DNA of 60,310 nt, counting the filler, from Sphacelaria rigidula (Eukaryota): NCBI GenBank assembly GCA_964200075.2. It is 8 parts of 8 records of this genome, joined end to end, with 100 filler letters (N's around TTAATTAATTAA, not from the genome) between each part and the next. Parts side by side here need not be neighbours in the genome. Positions count along the whole stretch, not along the records: positions 52,861 to 60,310 come from CAXNAA020014862.1; 7 more parts are not named here. The stretch is one strand, 5' to 3'. A program made the position numbers and the translations under genes. This document shows, piece by piece, positions 59,277 through 60,310 of this stretch. The notes under the pieces are model-generated. The model worked only from the letters and a program-made list of their open reading frames with translations, made no database searches and was not told the DNA's origin. How positions within the stretch are numbered: the stretch's first letter is position 1; every line of letters begins with the position of its first letter.

Positions 59277-60310
59277 TACAGTTCTATAAACTGTGATTTT
59301 GCACTCAAGTGAGGTTCAAGCCCAAAGCAGTGCTTTCACCACACTCGAAGTGATGGTGGGCAATGACGTTTTTGTCGCCTCAATGCCCCTAGATCGCGTT
59401 CAAACTTTTTCAGCGCCTTTTACCAACTCTGTGAGCTTTCGAACCATTTCTGCGTCCGTTCGGACACCCGGAATTCCCCAAAATTGCTTTTTCACCTAGG
59501 TCCCCAACATTTCGGTGATCAAAATCCAAATGTTTATGGCGTGTAGCAGTCGTCAAAAGCTATTAGTAGGTGAAGAAATTAGACAGTATTTCGATGATTT
59601 GGTGTGGATACGAAGATTTGAATCCTCCGAGATTCTCATCCCAATAAAAGATCTATCCCCAATTTGTAAGATCCCGTGTTCGTTGCTGGTGCCTACCTAG
59701 TATCATCCTCTAAATCGAAGTCTTGAGTGAGAAAGCTCAGCGTGCAGCTGCTTGACGTGGCCACTGCCTTCTGCCACGTGTCCTTCTCCACGTACCCGAC
59801 AAGGGGGCAACATCCCCGCACAGGCAGGAGCAATACTAGCGGATCCTACGTCCTGACAGTCTTGCAGCCGGTAAGGTGGTTATGGTAGTGTCCTTCTAGC
59901 GATATCAACTTGCAGTCAGTGTTGCGCCAAAACAAAAAAAAAGTCAACTATGTGCCGATTTTCGCGTACAAGAGTCATCATATAAAATATCAGCTCAGAG
60001 GATCCCCGAAGGAGGTATAAACCACACGAGCCAGAAGCTCCTTGGGAAGAACCCACGACCCAACACGCGGCATATCTTAAAAGCTATGTTTATGGCTGTG
60101 GATTGTCGGCGCAAGTTGCAGGCTGAAAACGTGATGATGTCCCGTGTTCGGTGGTGTGCATGGTGTTGCTCGGTACGGGTGCCTTGCGTGCTCTATGGTA
60201 CGCCGATAGGTGGCGGCCACGGTTCGCGTTCCCACCAGTCACCACGCCTACGAGCTGGGCCAGCCTAGAGGCTCCATGAAAGTTTGCAGGCGGATGCGCC
60301 GGCCAATATT

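Overview
Eukaryotic, intron-rich and repeat-rich DNA, most consistent with a brown alga (Phaeophyceae); this is inferred from the EsV-1-7 repeat gene and the exon/intron style. The window is not one locus. It is eight contigs of 7452, 7452, 7452, 7452, 7451, 7451, 7450 and 7450 bp joined by identical 100-bp N linkers containing TTAATTAATTAA, so adjacency across linkers means nothing. Contig 1: repeats and unassigned coding-like relics. Contig 2: a decayed Ty3/Gypsy LTR retrotransposon missing its RT core and RNase H, a tRNA-derived SINE, a hAT-type MITE and RGS-like exons. Contig 3: seven phase-consistent exons of a Cys-rich-ectodomain membrane protein. Contig 4: the 5' end of a CAP-Gly gene (TBCE-like) with SINEs in its intron. 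Contig 5: an EsV-1-7 relic, a TG..CA MITE with a telomere-like core, a second SINE and one LRR exon. Contig 6: no gene I can support. Contig 7: five exons of cohesin SCC3/STAG. Contig 8: an uninterrupted 14-unit EsV-1-7 (C-x4-C-x16-C-x2-H) repeat ORF and a Stowaway-like foldback element. The best candidate for new biology is the EsV-1-7 array: a near-invariant 38-aa scaffold with a few position-specific variable residues and mosaic unit order, suggestive of a modular recognition code. That function is a hypothesis, not something the sequence shows.
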